This document shows, in pieces, positions 11,641 through 22,459 of a stretch of DNA of 64,000 bases. The notes beneath the pieces are model-generated. The model was not told the DNA's origin. It ran no database searches and saw only the letters and a list, made by a program, of their open reading frames with translations. Made by a program: the position numbers and the translations under genes. Numbering within the stretch: position 1 is the stretch's first letter; every line of letters starts with the position of its first letter. Source of the stretch: Raillietiella orientalis (taxonomy: Eukaryota); contig JAYWIR010000037.1 of the NCBI GenBank assembly GCA_036172245.1, forward strand, positions 1,736,001-1,800,000, given 5' to 3'.

Positions 11641-14504
11641 TCCAAGTTATGCTGCGGCCATTCCTTTTCCCTTCCCTGCTGGGGGCGCAACTTTTGCCAG
11701 ACCGCTTCCTTGGGCGTGAAGGAGCCTTCGGCCGAGCAAGGCTCGAGTAAGACATTGCAAAGCTCCTCCGCTCCGCCCACATCGATGAAACACATTTCCC
11801 CCTTCCACTGTCTCCTAGCCGCTCCAGTGTGACTCTTGAAATCCTTCGTCTATTCCACTACTGAACTAGAACGTCGCTCTCCACAAAAGGAAACTCCGCG
11901 AGAGCTCAGTTTCCTTCGTCTAGGAAATGCGAAGCGAACCCCCTTTCGAAGAGACTTGCAGAGAACCCCTGCTACGCATCTTTCAAGGCAGAAGGCGTTG
12001 TGAGGGTTATTTTTATGTTATGGCTATGGCATTTCATAACTATAGCTCCCACTTAATGTTACATCGTTATGAAATGAAGCCGAAGCTCTGAATCACCACT
12101 TTGCAGCAGGCGCGCCGAGGAATGTTTGTTCCGTGCACGCGCACTTTTTGTCGCAACGAGCGAAGAAATCGGCTCGCTGCTATTTTCTCCGGTTCGCAGA
12201 GAGAATTCACGTAGAAGGAAAAAAATCCAATGATTCCCATCAGGTATTATTTATTTTTATTTATTTAATTTTTTTTGCTCCTACTCTCCAGCTTGGTCCA
12301 TCCTTTAGACGTTGATTTCACTGCATCACGCGAAGGGTAGATCATTTCCTTTTCTGACCGCTTCCTCTTTCAGAAACCTGGACCGCCTCCTCAACTTGAA
12401 AGCCAGCTGCGAATACCTGAATTTATTTCCCCGGTAAACTGAAGGATCTGTTCATGTGATCCAGGTTCGAAGGCTTCACTTTGAAGAAGAAGGAAAACCT
12501 CGGGAAATGTTCTCCAAAAAGGGAAAAGCAGCAGCCTGCCCTCTACAGTGAGCGAGGAATCTCAGGCATCTGAAAGGTCAAGGTGGCTGCATGGAACTTG
12601 ACTCGGAAAAGAATCGAAAATTCGAATTCGACTGAGTTGCCTTGGATCTTAAGATCCAAAACAACCCAGTCGAGAGAGCACTCCTCTCGGGAGATTTATC
12701 ATTTCATCCTTCTTCTTCGGTCAGAACTTTTTTGGCATTTGTCTGCAAAAATGAGCGACCCCTTTGGTTTCGTTTTCACCTCTTCACATGGTGCTCCCCT
12801 TCCCCTCCCTCATTTTATGTGCATTGATATTTTTTGGACCATGTTCGCAGTTGCCACAATTGCCAACTGCACGGGGATTTTTAGTCACTCCTGGTAACTG
12901 CATCCTGTGCACTTCACATGTCGCTCATGTCGCTGCTTTCGAACTGATCTGTAGTTATGACTGGACCTATGAGAGCTGAAGCCGGTAGCCGCACTGACAA
13001 GTTCCCATGACCACCTAAGGTTGCTCTCGGTCTCGGGAACACCTATGGGACGTCCATTCATTATTTAGGAATCCTCCCAAGGAAACTCTCCTCATAAAGT
13101 CATCGCGTACTCTCCTCAGAGAAATTCCGAATGATTCGGTCTTGTTCAGGAAAAAGCTCGGACCGTTTCTGCAAATAAGTAAAGCTATCCGGTCCTCGTA
13201 ATGATTCTGGAGGGAGGAATTGTGAATCCCTCAGAATTCATAAATGCTGATTTTGGCCTTTGATTTTCTTTTCTTTTTTTTTTTTTTTTGGCCCCCCGAA
13301 TAGAACGTGCCTCCTCCTAATATTTGGTTTCGCAATTTGCACCCCCGATCTTACTTTCCTGAGAGAACATTGGAAGTTGGCGTGTATCACATAATCAGAT
13401 GAAATGGATGTGAGTGATCTGTATGCGTTTTCTGGGAAACGAAATCATGAGAGTGCATTCGGTCGGTGTTTCTGTGGATAAGACATTTAGGTCTTGTGAT
13501 TCTTCGAAAATCCGATTTTCTCCAGGAAATAAATGATGGTGCAGGATAAACAATTAAGGATGGAGGATACACAACATTCTGTCGAATCTGACAGAGATTA
13601 TTATATTTGCGGTTCATCACCGGAAACAAAACATCCTTCTCTGATCGAGTGTTCAATGAAGTGGAAACTTTAAATACAGGAATTCGCGAGGAATACGAAT
13701 TAAACGAAATGTATGGGGAATGAGCGGGAAATGGATTGCAGGGACGGCAGCATATTACGTTAATCGTACCAGAGCAAACACGTAGAGTTCCTACGAGAAG
13801 AATGGGCATGCTCTACGGAGCTGTCAAAGGAACACAAATAGAAGGTCCATCTGTGCCTCTGCGCTGCATGCAGTAATCGAGTGACCCCTTCTTGTCACTG
13901 AACCCGTATTCGTCGTCGCATGTATACGGGATGTTGAGAGCTCTGAACTCGCGTCTGCCGATGCCGTGTCTGCCTGGATACTGCAATCGAAGAGGCACCC
14001 CAGCCAAGGGGCTGAGAGAGCCCTCGTGGAGCTCTACATGGATGGAGGCGTTGCTTCCCGTTTTGGTTTCTGTGTTCTCATTTGGATTCGTGACACTTTG
14101 GCACGTGGTTCTGTTTACAAATTTTGGAAATGTACTGCGTATCAGCATCCGTCGGATTTTCACCGGGTTTCCCGACCGGATGGTTAGCATTCAGGATGCC
14201 AAAGTTTCGCGTCTCGAGACGCGGACTGAAAGAAAATAAAGCAATCTGATCCCTTCCTCAATGGAGCACTAAAACGTTTGAGAAAATGCCCTGTGAGGAA
14301 AGAATGGGAAGACTGGAGAGTTGGCAGTCAGCGACTTGTCGTTCGACCGTAAATTTTCCGTTCGTGAAATAAATAAAACGGAAAGCAAAAAAAAAAAAAA
14401 AAGGCAATCTTACAGGAATAAAAAAAAAATCTGCAAAAAATTGTCAAACGCACACGTCTTGCAATTTCCTTTTCAATTTGTTCTTCAGATGAAGGTGTTT
14501 TTGC

Positions 14505-15377
14505 TTTCCTCTTCTGCTTCGGAGGAAACGACACACGAGAGCCCGCTTTCTGCCGCTCCACGTACTGTGGGACTCCTTCGGTGGAGTCAACTTCTAATTG
14601 CTGCCCCCGACGAACTTGTGGTCCCTGACCGATGTCTGGACGTTTCTGCGTTCCCGCTTTCCTGGAAACAGCCTCTGCTGCTCTTCCTCCACTAGGGATT
14701 CCAGTGCAACGAGCCCCGGCATCGGGTTTTCGCAGAGATTGCATCCCCGAACTGTCCCAGGTGCAGGTCGGCGGAGTCAAGCCCGCACATGCTTTTGGAC
14801 TGCAGTGCCCTCCAGGAACTGGGGCGGAGGCTGGCATCAGAGCTCCTGCACCAGGAGGACACCGCCCGCTACTTGCTATGGAGGTTCTTCGTTCCAGACG
14901 GACGCGGTTGCCTCCCCTTCTTTGTTACGGCCCCACCACGTGCTGGAGACGACGACGTAGATAAGGGGGGTCACTGGGATGGCCATCGCCTGCATAAGGA
15001 CGGCCGCAAGGTGGTCTCACCCGGAGGGAGAAGTGAAGACGGAGATCGCTGGCTTACAGAGCCGCTTCTGAAGTGAAGGGACGGAGGACACCCTAGCCTT
15101 CTTTTATTTATTTTTTTCTCATCCCTCATTCCTTTTCTCTCCGAAACTTTCCCGGTTTTTGTGTACTGATCCCGGTGTATCAGAGAACCCAAAGACCCTT
15201 GCCCCAAACTCCTGGGTTTTCTCATTTTCTTTTGTAGTCCTCCTCTGAACTTTTCAGTATCCTGACCTGCATGTCGGTGACCCCTTCCCCCTGGGATTCT
15301 TTTTTCTCAGGCTAGGAACCAGCGTATTTCCTACCTTTTTTTATATATAAAATAAACACCCTGGAGTGACCGAGTGG
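14505..15377 (+). mobile_element. Truncated L1/Tx1-like non-LTR retrotransposon 3' fragment (same family as 4235-5368)
   Basis: Clear nucleotide similarity to 4600-5370. Contains HMLLDCSALQELGRRLASELLHQEDTAR. 3' end is AATAAACACCCTGGAGTGACCGAGTG. Confidence 0.85.
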
Positions 15378-16442
15378 CAAACTTTCTTGTTCGCCTACGA
15401 GGGGAGAGGTTAGCCGATTCTCTTTAGCCGAATCTGGAGGTGACAAGAGCACTCACTCTCAAAAGTTTCCTCCTGCACGATTGGAAAATCGCTCTGAGCA
15501 GCCTCGAACTTCGCCAACTGATGCTGCGAGATTTCTACTTTGCGCATCTTGGAGTGAAATTAGGAGCCAAACTTGTTGAAGACACGTCTGCAGACGGCCT
15601 CCCAGCTGCTTAGAATGGAGCCAAAAAGGAGGGGGAAAAACGGCAAAAACATGAAGCCAGGCGGTACTCAAATGGGAATCTGAAGTCCAACATCCAGTCC
15701 AGGAACCAGTTTGTAATCCAGAAAAAGGTGCTTTCTTCTATCCGCGAGAGTGAACCTTGCAGAAAATGCCTGAAGTGAACTCCCGGGAGTGTGGAAATGC
15801 AGTTCGTATTTGCCAGAGGTCTCAGAAATGTTGAGCGAATTGATCAGGGAATGATTTCCGGCTCTACGAAACGCACTACCCCATGCTCCCCACTTGACAA
15901 AATTTAGATTTTCCTCAGGTCCAGCAAGCGGTGGGATGAATTTATTAATCAGTCACCACAGTAAACATTTAAAACACTAACACGAAACAAAACGCAATCT
16001 GCGCAAAGTTTCTACGTGTGGCCATCGAGCTTTGCACTTAAGAATCGGTCATTCGCCTTAGTCTTTACACTTTGGATAAGAGGAATAGCACTTCTGGAAT
16101 GTCACTCCTAGAAACTGAACATTTGCACTTAGGTCTCCTTTCCATCGGTGAACTCGTACTCTCCATCTAAAAGAACAGGCAATTTCATGGAAAAGGACCC
16201 TTCTTCTCCTCTCTCCAGTTTGGGCTACACCTCGCTTGAGAGTGGCGGAGGCTGCAGAAGTTCCCTTGGATGGCAGCCACACCCTTCTTCCATCCATGTT
16301 CGCTGCTCGTGCGTGGCGGAAGGTCCCTGCAAAGAGACAGCCATGATGAACACTTTCCTGCTACTTAACAGCCTGAGAAGATCAGGGTGATGTCAGGGCA
16401 AATCGCAAGACCAGGGGAGCTTAAGTAGTTGAACGAGCCCTG

Positions 16443-16906
16443 CATTCAGACGACAATCATGAGCACATAGAAAATGCTTTGGACAACATTAAGCAACATA
16501 TACAAGAAGATGACGTACAAGAGTTTAAAGAGCTCGTTGGAAGAATTCAAAATCATGGACGACAAATTTCCGAGGAAAAGCAGTGGATGATCAAAGCCAA
16601 CATGAGGCTGGTAGCTTCCGCTGATTAAAAAAAATACTTAGCCGGTGGTCTCGCTTTGCTGGATTTCGTACAAGAAGGCAGTGTTGGTCCGATAAAGGTC
16701 GGGTACAAATTGTATTGCAAACCTGGATTTCAACTTATGGAGCTTGGGATTGTGGAGCAATCAATCACCAAAGCAATACCAGAGCAACCTGAGGCGGTCA
16801 GCAATAGCGGTTCACATGGTCAGGATTATCAGTAAAAAATCACCAAGTTGAGACTCATGAGGAAGGAAGAGAATCTACATTAGAGGAATTGGTGGCGCGT
16901 TTGCAA
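16443..16906 (+). pseudogene. rpoD: Bacterial RNA polymerase primary sigma factor (sigma70 regions 2-3) fragment, pseudogenised, probable endosymbiont-to-host transfer
   Basis: Translates as QEFKELVGRIQNHGRQISEEKQWMIKANMRLVASAD*KKYLAGGLALLDFVQEGSVGPIKVGYK, then via frameshifts STYGAW / EQSITKAIPEQ / IAVHMVRIISK / GRESTLEELVARL. This is collinear with the RpoD consensus ANLRLVISIAKKY..RGL.FLDLIQEGNIGL..AVDKF...[29 protein letters not shown]...GREPT.EEL. Confidence 0.88.
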
Positions 16907-17719
16907 TAAAGTTGCAAGTTTTGCAAGAAAGAAGTTCTCGGGCAAGTCAAGTTTGTAAGTTTTGCACAGCGATGCAAGATTAATGCAAGATTTTGCGGTC
17001 TGTGCCTCTATCTTCATGCCTCGATTCACCCATATTCATATGAAAGCATCGGAGAAGAGGGCATCGGTTCCAAATCAGGAGACCCTGGCAGCACTCTTGC
17101 CTTGACTGTGATTAGACAATGGTTTACATCTCGATTGCTATCATCCTCTTTCTTGTGCGATCCTTTTGCTTGCCTCTCCTTCGCTCGCTCACCCGAGGAT
17201 GTGCTCGAATTCATGAGAGGAATTCCTCGCAGCTTTCTATCGTTGTGACCTTTGTCTTCTCCGGAGTCTCGAGAACACAGAGGCATGGAAAAGGCGTGCG
17301 TCTGCGTCATCAGGAAGACGAAAAAAGAAAACAGTTCAGCAGGATGCATATCTCCTCAGTTTTCAGCATCGTGGTCATTAGGATGCCGATAGTCTGCAAC
17401 TTTGAGAATGCACTAAAAAATGAGAACTGAATCTGGGATTCGTCATCGAACAGCGGTGGTCCTGCCGAGTAGATCGACGTGTGCCTTATTTGAATTTTCC
17501 TTGGCCCCTAGAGCTGCTGAGTTAATGCACCACGGACGATGCACACCTTAACCAATAGCACGCTGACCTTAGCCAGAAGATCGGGAAGCGAATGCTCTGA
17601 ACGCAAAGTTTCTGTTTCAGCGAGGGGATTTGGCCATCACCTTGCTGCTCAAATCTCCTCTCTGGGAGCCATTGGAGTTCATTGCTCTCTCCATCTCTCC
17701 GAACAGGTAAAGGGATTAA

Positions 17720-19125
17720 GCAGCAAAGGATAGGATTTCCCTCCTCTCTACAAAGTGCCCTGTTGACCTCTGCTTCGCTTGCGGGATGGTCTCAGGAATC
17801 ATGCAAGATGGTGGCAGCAGCTCGTTCTCTAGCGCCGAAGGGTCCTGGTCCGGGATATTGGAAACACCTGGAGGAATAGAGGTCATGTGATCACTCGCCT
17901 GATGCGGGCAGCGGCTAGCAGGCGCTCGAGCACACACTGGCGACGCAGTGACTCGTCTTTCCCGAGCCACCACCATGCACGGGAGCTCGCGGCGGATCGA
18001 CTTCAGGAAAGCAGCCCGGAAACAGATCCTCATATTCGGACTTTCGGAGTACAGTGCCGACCGGGACGAAGAGAACGCTCTCCCACGTGCAGTTGGGTGC
18101 ATTAGTCCCTCCCCTCGGACCATCCTGGCCTCAAAACTGAAATGGAAGCAGACCCGCGAAGTGGAGACCGGTCTCTTCCCTTTGCTTGTAGGGCTGAGGA
18201 GCGTGTTTCCATGGAGACGCCTGTCTAGTTCCAATCCTGCGGGATCTGGGAACTATCCGCCGTGCGTGCGCGTGCGCGCTTTATCGATGAGCCACTCTTC
18301 ATCCGTGGGCGGGGAAAGATGGGAAAAGCCTTTCTTCTGCATCGGTCCTGAGGGCGCACTCCTGAGCAGTAGATTCTTTCCTGCAGAGTCTCCGCCTAGC
18401 CGCAGAGTCATCGCAACCGTAGGCTTCTCTCCTCTCTGAGATGACCGTGAGTAAGAATCTTCAGATATCAACCACAGAGGAGGAAAGGGGTTTCCATTCT
18501 TCAGCTTCAACCACGCCTCGGCTACTTCGCCTTCTCCCTTTTCTAATGCACAAACCCCGGTTGCAAAGGCTGATGCCTTCTTCTGCGGAGGCCTAAACCA
18601 GGAAGAGGAGAACAGAGTCAAGGTCCTCAAAACCGCGATCATTACCTAGGTACGCGTGGAGAAAGCTGGGGAGCTCGGACGGTCTTCCGTCTGGTCGTCC
18701 ACCTTTGTCCCCCGACGCGCTGAAAGTCCTCTTTTCTGGTCCGCCTGCTGAATTCCTCGGACTGCAAGAAAGGGGCGATGCCGCGCCGGCCCTTTTTTGT
18801 TCCGATAGGCTGGTCGCCTCAGGGAAAAACACAGGATCCTCCCTCCCTTTTTCAATAGTCCCTCTCCGAGCAGACGGCAAGTGCGCTCCCACCGGAGAGA
18901 CTGGAGAATGGCACTTGGCGACACCCGAGCATGGACACGAGAAGACTTCTTAATTTTAATTCCTGAAAAGACCCCGGAGGGTCGACTTCCAATCCTGATC
19001 AGTCAACAGGGGCTTTCGGTTTCCGATTTCCACCAAGACCTCACCTGAATCCTACAGGCCAACCAGCGTCATCTTGCGGGGAGAGCTCCAACCTACGGTG
19101 CACCCATTTCTCTGGCGATGCTCTT
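17720..19125 (-). mobile_element. 5' region and gag-like ORF1 remnant of a non-LTR retrotransposon
   Basis: Starts with a head homologous to 30555-30720 and 32178-32350. Nearly open minus frames at 18253-18642 and 17716-18234. Degenerate zinc-knuckle-like ICFR..C....RRE near 18030. Confidence 0.5.
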
Positions 19126-19130
19126 TATTG

Positions 19131-21125
19131 TCACCATGTCACGCTGGGGCGTTGATTGTAAAATAATATTAACAAAAAAAACGATTATGTAAAATATAAA
19201 AAATGTCTTCTTTCGTGGCGACTTCACATCGCCACTACGAAGGGGAATGAGGCCTCGGAAGCGTTTCTTCTCGTGAGCAGCTCTCCCGATGGGGTCCGCA
19301 CAGGAGAAGTGAGGGAAGGGGTAAATAGGGAAAAACCACACACACACATGAAAGTTCAGTCAAAAAAAAATGTGTTGGGTGATGAAGGGAAGAGAAGGGT
19401 TCGCAGATTTCTGCCTGGTGTCCTCAGCATTCCCTGGAGGATGTTGGTAACTTCCTCCTTTTGTTGGCAGAGATCTTGTCACCTTCCTCGTGAAGGAGCA
19501 GACGATTGCGATGACCTCAGCGTTCGACCGGTCTCTTTCGGCGCGGCTTCTCGCCGCCACGATCCCACGGAGGTAGCACAGGGCTGCAAGGGAAGCTGCA
19601 GGAGAACATCCCTTCGCACGTGAAGAGGCATCGCAAAACCTCCCTGCCGTTGTCCATAGGGAGTGGGAGGACCGCAGTGAAACGTTCCCAGACTCTTAGG
19701 AGGGCAACACAATCCAGCAACAGCTGCGGGAAGGGTTTCCCTTTTCCAGCACCTGGCACAGTATTGGACTGCACTTCCTCTTGTCCAATGGTGGACACGT
19801 GCGTTGCATGGGATCACCCAGTGCAACAACTGCAATGCCGAGGCCAGCCACTTTACAGGAAGCGTGGAGCTGTCCACAAACACTGGGGTTATTTCTGTCT
19901 CTTCAGGAGGAATGTCCACGAGTTCCGCCCAGAGACGAACTCCTTTGAAGGGGACAGCAGGAAAACATGCTTCAGCCAGCTGACACGCCGTCCAGCATCC
20001 CAGCCGCTTCTTTTTTCCCGCGATCTCGCAGGATAATTCCCATCTTGCAAAGCGGTTGCTATGTCCACTTTGTTGGATCGTGTGGGGTGTTCCGTGCCTA
20101 GGTGGTCTTCCGTGGACGGTCCATGATTTCCTTCAACGAGCAGCGAGCGTGGTTCGAGAATCGCAAGCATCGCGATGGCTCCGAGCTCGTGCCGTTTCTT
20201 TCCGCCCACGCCTGAACTGTTTCTTGTTTCCAGGCGCTGCAGTTGGTGGGGCGGCAGGAAATCCATCTGTTCTCCTCGACCAAGACAACCATTTTCCGGG
20301 GTCGCACCCGCAGCGGGGCGATACTCTCGATGGCCATGCACGAGGAACGTACCGATCCCCCCGGAGCCGGCTGCTCGCTTGGTCAGGATTCTGGCTAGGA
20401 CGCACCAATAAGTGGTCCAGAATTTCTCCACTAGGGCTAATCTTCTACACTGAAACTGACGCTCCAGCCTCTCCAGCGTCGGTACGCCGAGCCCGACATC
20501 CCGACGCGGTGCATACAAGTTCTTCAAGCGGACCCGGGACCTCTTCGTTTCCCAAAAGACTTTTCGCAAAAGAACCTCGGTCCGCTTTTTTACATCTCTG
20601 GGCGGGGGCAAACAATAAACAAGAATCGGAGAAGAAGAGCCACGAATGTGTTCCAGATAACAGCCCGTTCCGACAAGAGAAACACACCATTCAGGAACGG
20701 GCCGAGAGCTAATTCTGCCTTTTGGAGGCAACCGGACCAGGCTTCTCGTGCCCAGAATTTCCCTAACGGGACTTCCCAGGTACTAGAAGCACCTGACCGT
20801 GAGGATTCCCAAACGGATACAGTCCGGTTGCCCTGCCTATGCTGTGCCAACGGGAAGCATAGTTGATTTTGCGCTGTTTTTGCTCTGTTTATACGCATTC
20901 CAGCTTCCCAGCGGATCAGCTCCAGGAATTCCTCGAGAGATGCTGCCGGGTCTGACATGGGTGACAAGAGCAGAAGATTGTCGGCATAGGCCGACACGGC
21001 AGGAGTGCTAGGGCACTAGCTGAAAAGGGTAGCAAGAGTTGTCCTCTACCTCTCAGCAACAACTCGAAGTAGATGCTGAAGAGCGACGGGTTCAGGCTGT
21101 CTCCTAGCAGAATCCTGCGCCGCAC
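19131..21125 (-). mobile_element. L1/Tx1-like non-LTR retrotransposon: RT C-terminal half, zinc finger, 3' end
   Basis: GDSLNPSLFSIYFELLLR (RT motif 4), SAYADNLLLL (YADD motif), GMRINRAKT, LYAPRRDVGLGVPTL, and zinc finger YCARCWKRETL. 3' end AATCAACGCCCCAG at 19157-19131. Confidence 0.88.
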
Positions 21126-21179
21126 CGGTACGCCTTACACGTATCAACTGCTGAAAAAAATATTAATTATCGCATTGCG

Positions 21180-21931
21180 CCAGCAGGAGCTCAGGTAGAC
21201 CAGGAGGACATCCGGGATTCCTTTGCGTTCCAGGAGCTCCATAAAGGGCTCCCAATAGACACAGTCGAATGCCTTGCTTCCACCCTCCCATCAAAATGTC
21301 AAGAGTCGGCTCTACTGTTACAGCACTGGGAACTCCCCTGCAACGCCTTCCGACACCATTGGACCTGGGAAGCGGTGAACCCAAATTGTGTTAGATGTGG
21401 GGAACGGGAGTCCCTCCCCCACCTACTTGTGGATTGTGTTGCCATTGGAATCCCCTGAGACAACCTTAGGGACGCCTTGAAAGCCCTCTTTGTTGCCGAC
21501 GCCCTTCGGCCTGCGGCCTCGTTAGCAGCCTTGTGCTGCCTTCGCGGGATCGTTGCCGCTTGAAGCAAGGCTGCAGAAGGACCACGCGATAAGGGTGCCA
21601 TCCAGCACGCCGCCGAATTTTTGAGGAGGGCGTGGCGATGGCCCCACCTGGATCTGGAATGCAGAAAGAGCTTGCCGGCATCCTGCGAAGGATGCAACGG
21701 CCCCAGCAGCAGCAGTGATCCCTTCCCTTACCCTCCCAACTTTTCTTTTGTTTTTGTTTAGCTTTTTTGTTTATCCCCCTTCCCCCTGCTGCCGTGGTGG
21801 ACCGTACTGGTCTGCGAACCAGTGACCCGGCAGGCTCTGTGTTTCTTCGTGCGTGGCTGGAGCACTGGTCCAGCCACAGCACTCTTTGTAAAAGTTAATT
21901 TTTTAATAAACGCCCCGGCGAAACCCGGGTG
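21180..21931 (+). mobile_element. Truncated L1/Tx1-like 3' fragment inserted in opposite orientation
   Basis: Zinc finger PNCVRCGERESLPHLLVDC. 3' end AATAAACGCCCCGGCGAAACCCGGGTG. Confidence 0.85.
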
Positions 21932-22300
21932 AAAATCGAATGCCTTTTGCAAATCGACTGCGACCGCAAAGGCTCCCAACGGCTTTGACTCTAAATAGCC
22001 TCCCAATCCCTGGCTATCTCGGAATCCAGAATTCTTTTGGTAAAGTGGCACAACCTTTTGTTGCAACTGAATCCAAGAGCGGACCTGGAAACTGCTTAGT
22101 TTCCACCTCTCGTTCGCGTACAGCGTACGTCTGCTCCGGGCTGATGAATATTTCCTCCAGCCGCTCCAGGCTCTCAGTCCGTAGCCTCGCGAGTAGCTTG
22201 GGGTCCGTGTTGATTTAGGTATTCGGACGCTAGTTGCTTACGTTGCGGAGGTCTCTTCCCTTTGAAAGGAGACGTTCTCTTTCTGATCTGAAGGAAGCGG
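21932..22300 (-). mobile_element. RT N-terminal motifs (domains 2-3) of the interrupted minus-strand LINE
   Basis: NTDPKLLARL...ISPEQTYAV and AFAVAVDLQKAFD, matching LINE RT motifs LNTDYK.L / P.Q.GF / D..KAFD. Confidence 0.8.
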
Positions 22301-22459
22301 GCACTTCGCCTGTCTTTTGAATCAGCTGCCAACTGAGTGAGACTTCTGCAAAATGGCGAAGTCGAAAAACTCCTGGAGGCTACAAGACAAGCGAGTTGGT
22401 GGACGCCGCCACTCGTTTCCGAGCAAAGGGACTCCTTCGGAGGAGTGACTGCTTGGTTT

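Noticed and set aside
16908..17000. Short TTGCAAG-like repeats next to the rpoD fragment (CRISPR-like?)
   Set aside because: Irregular 7-mer low-complexity repeats with no constant repeat/spacer period. No CRISPR array is seen anywhere in the window.
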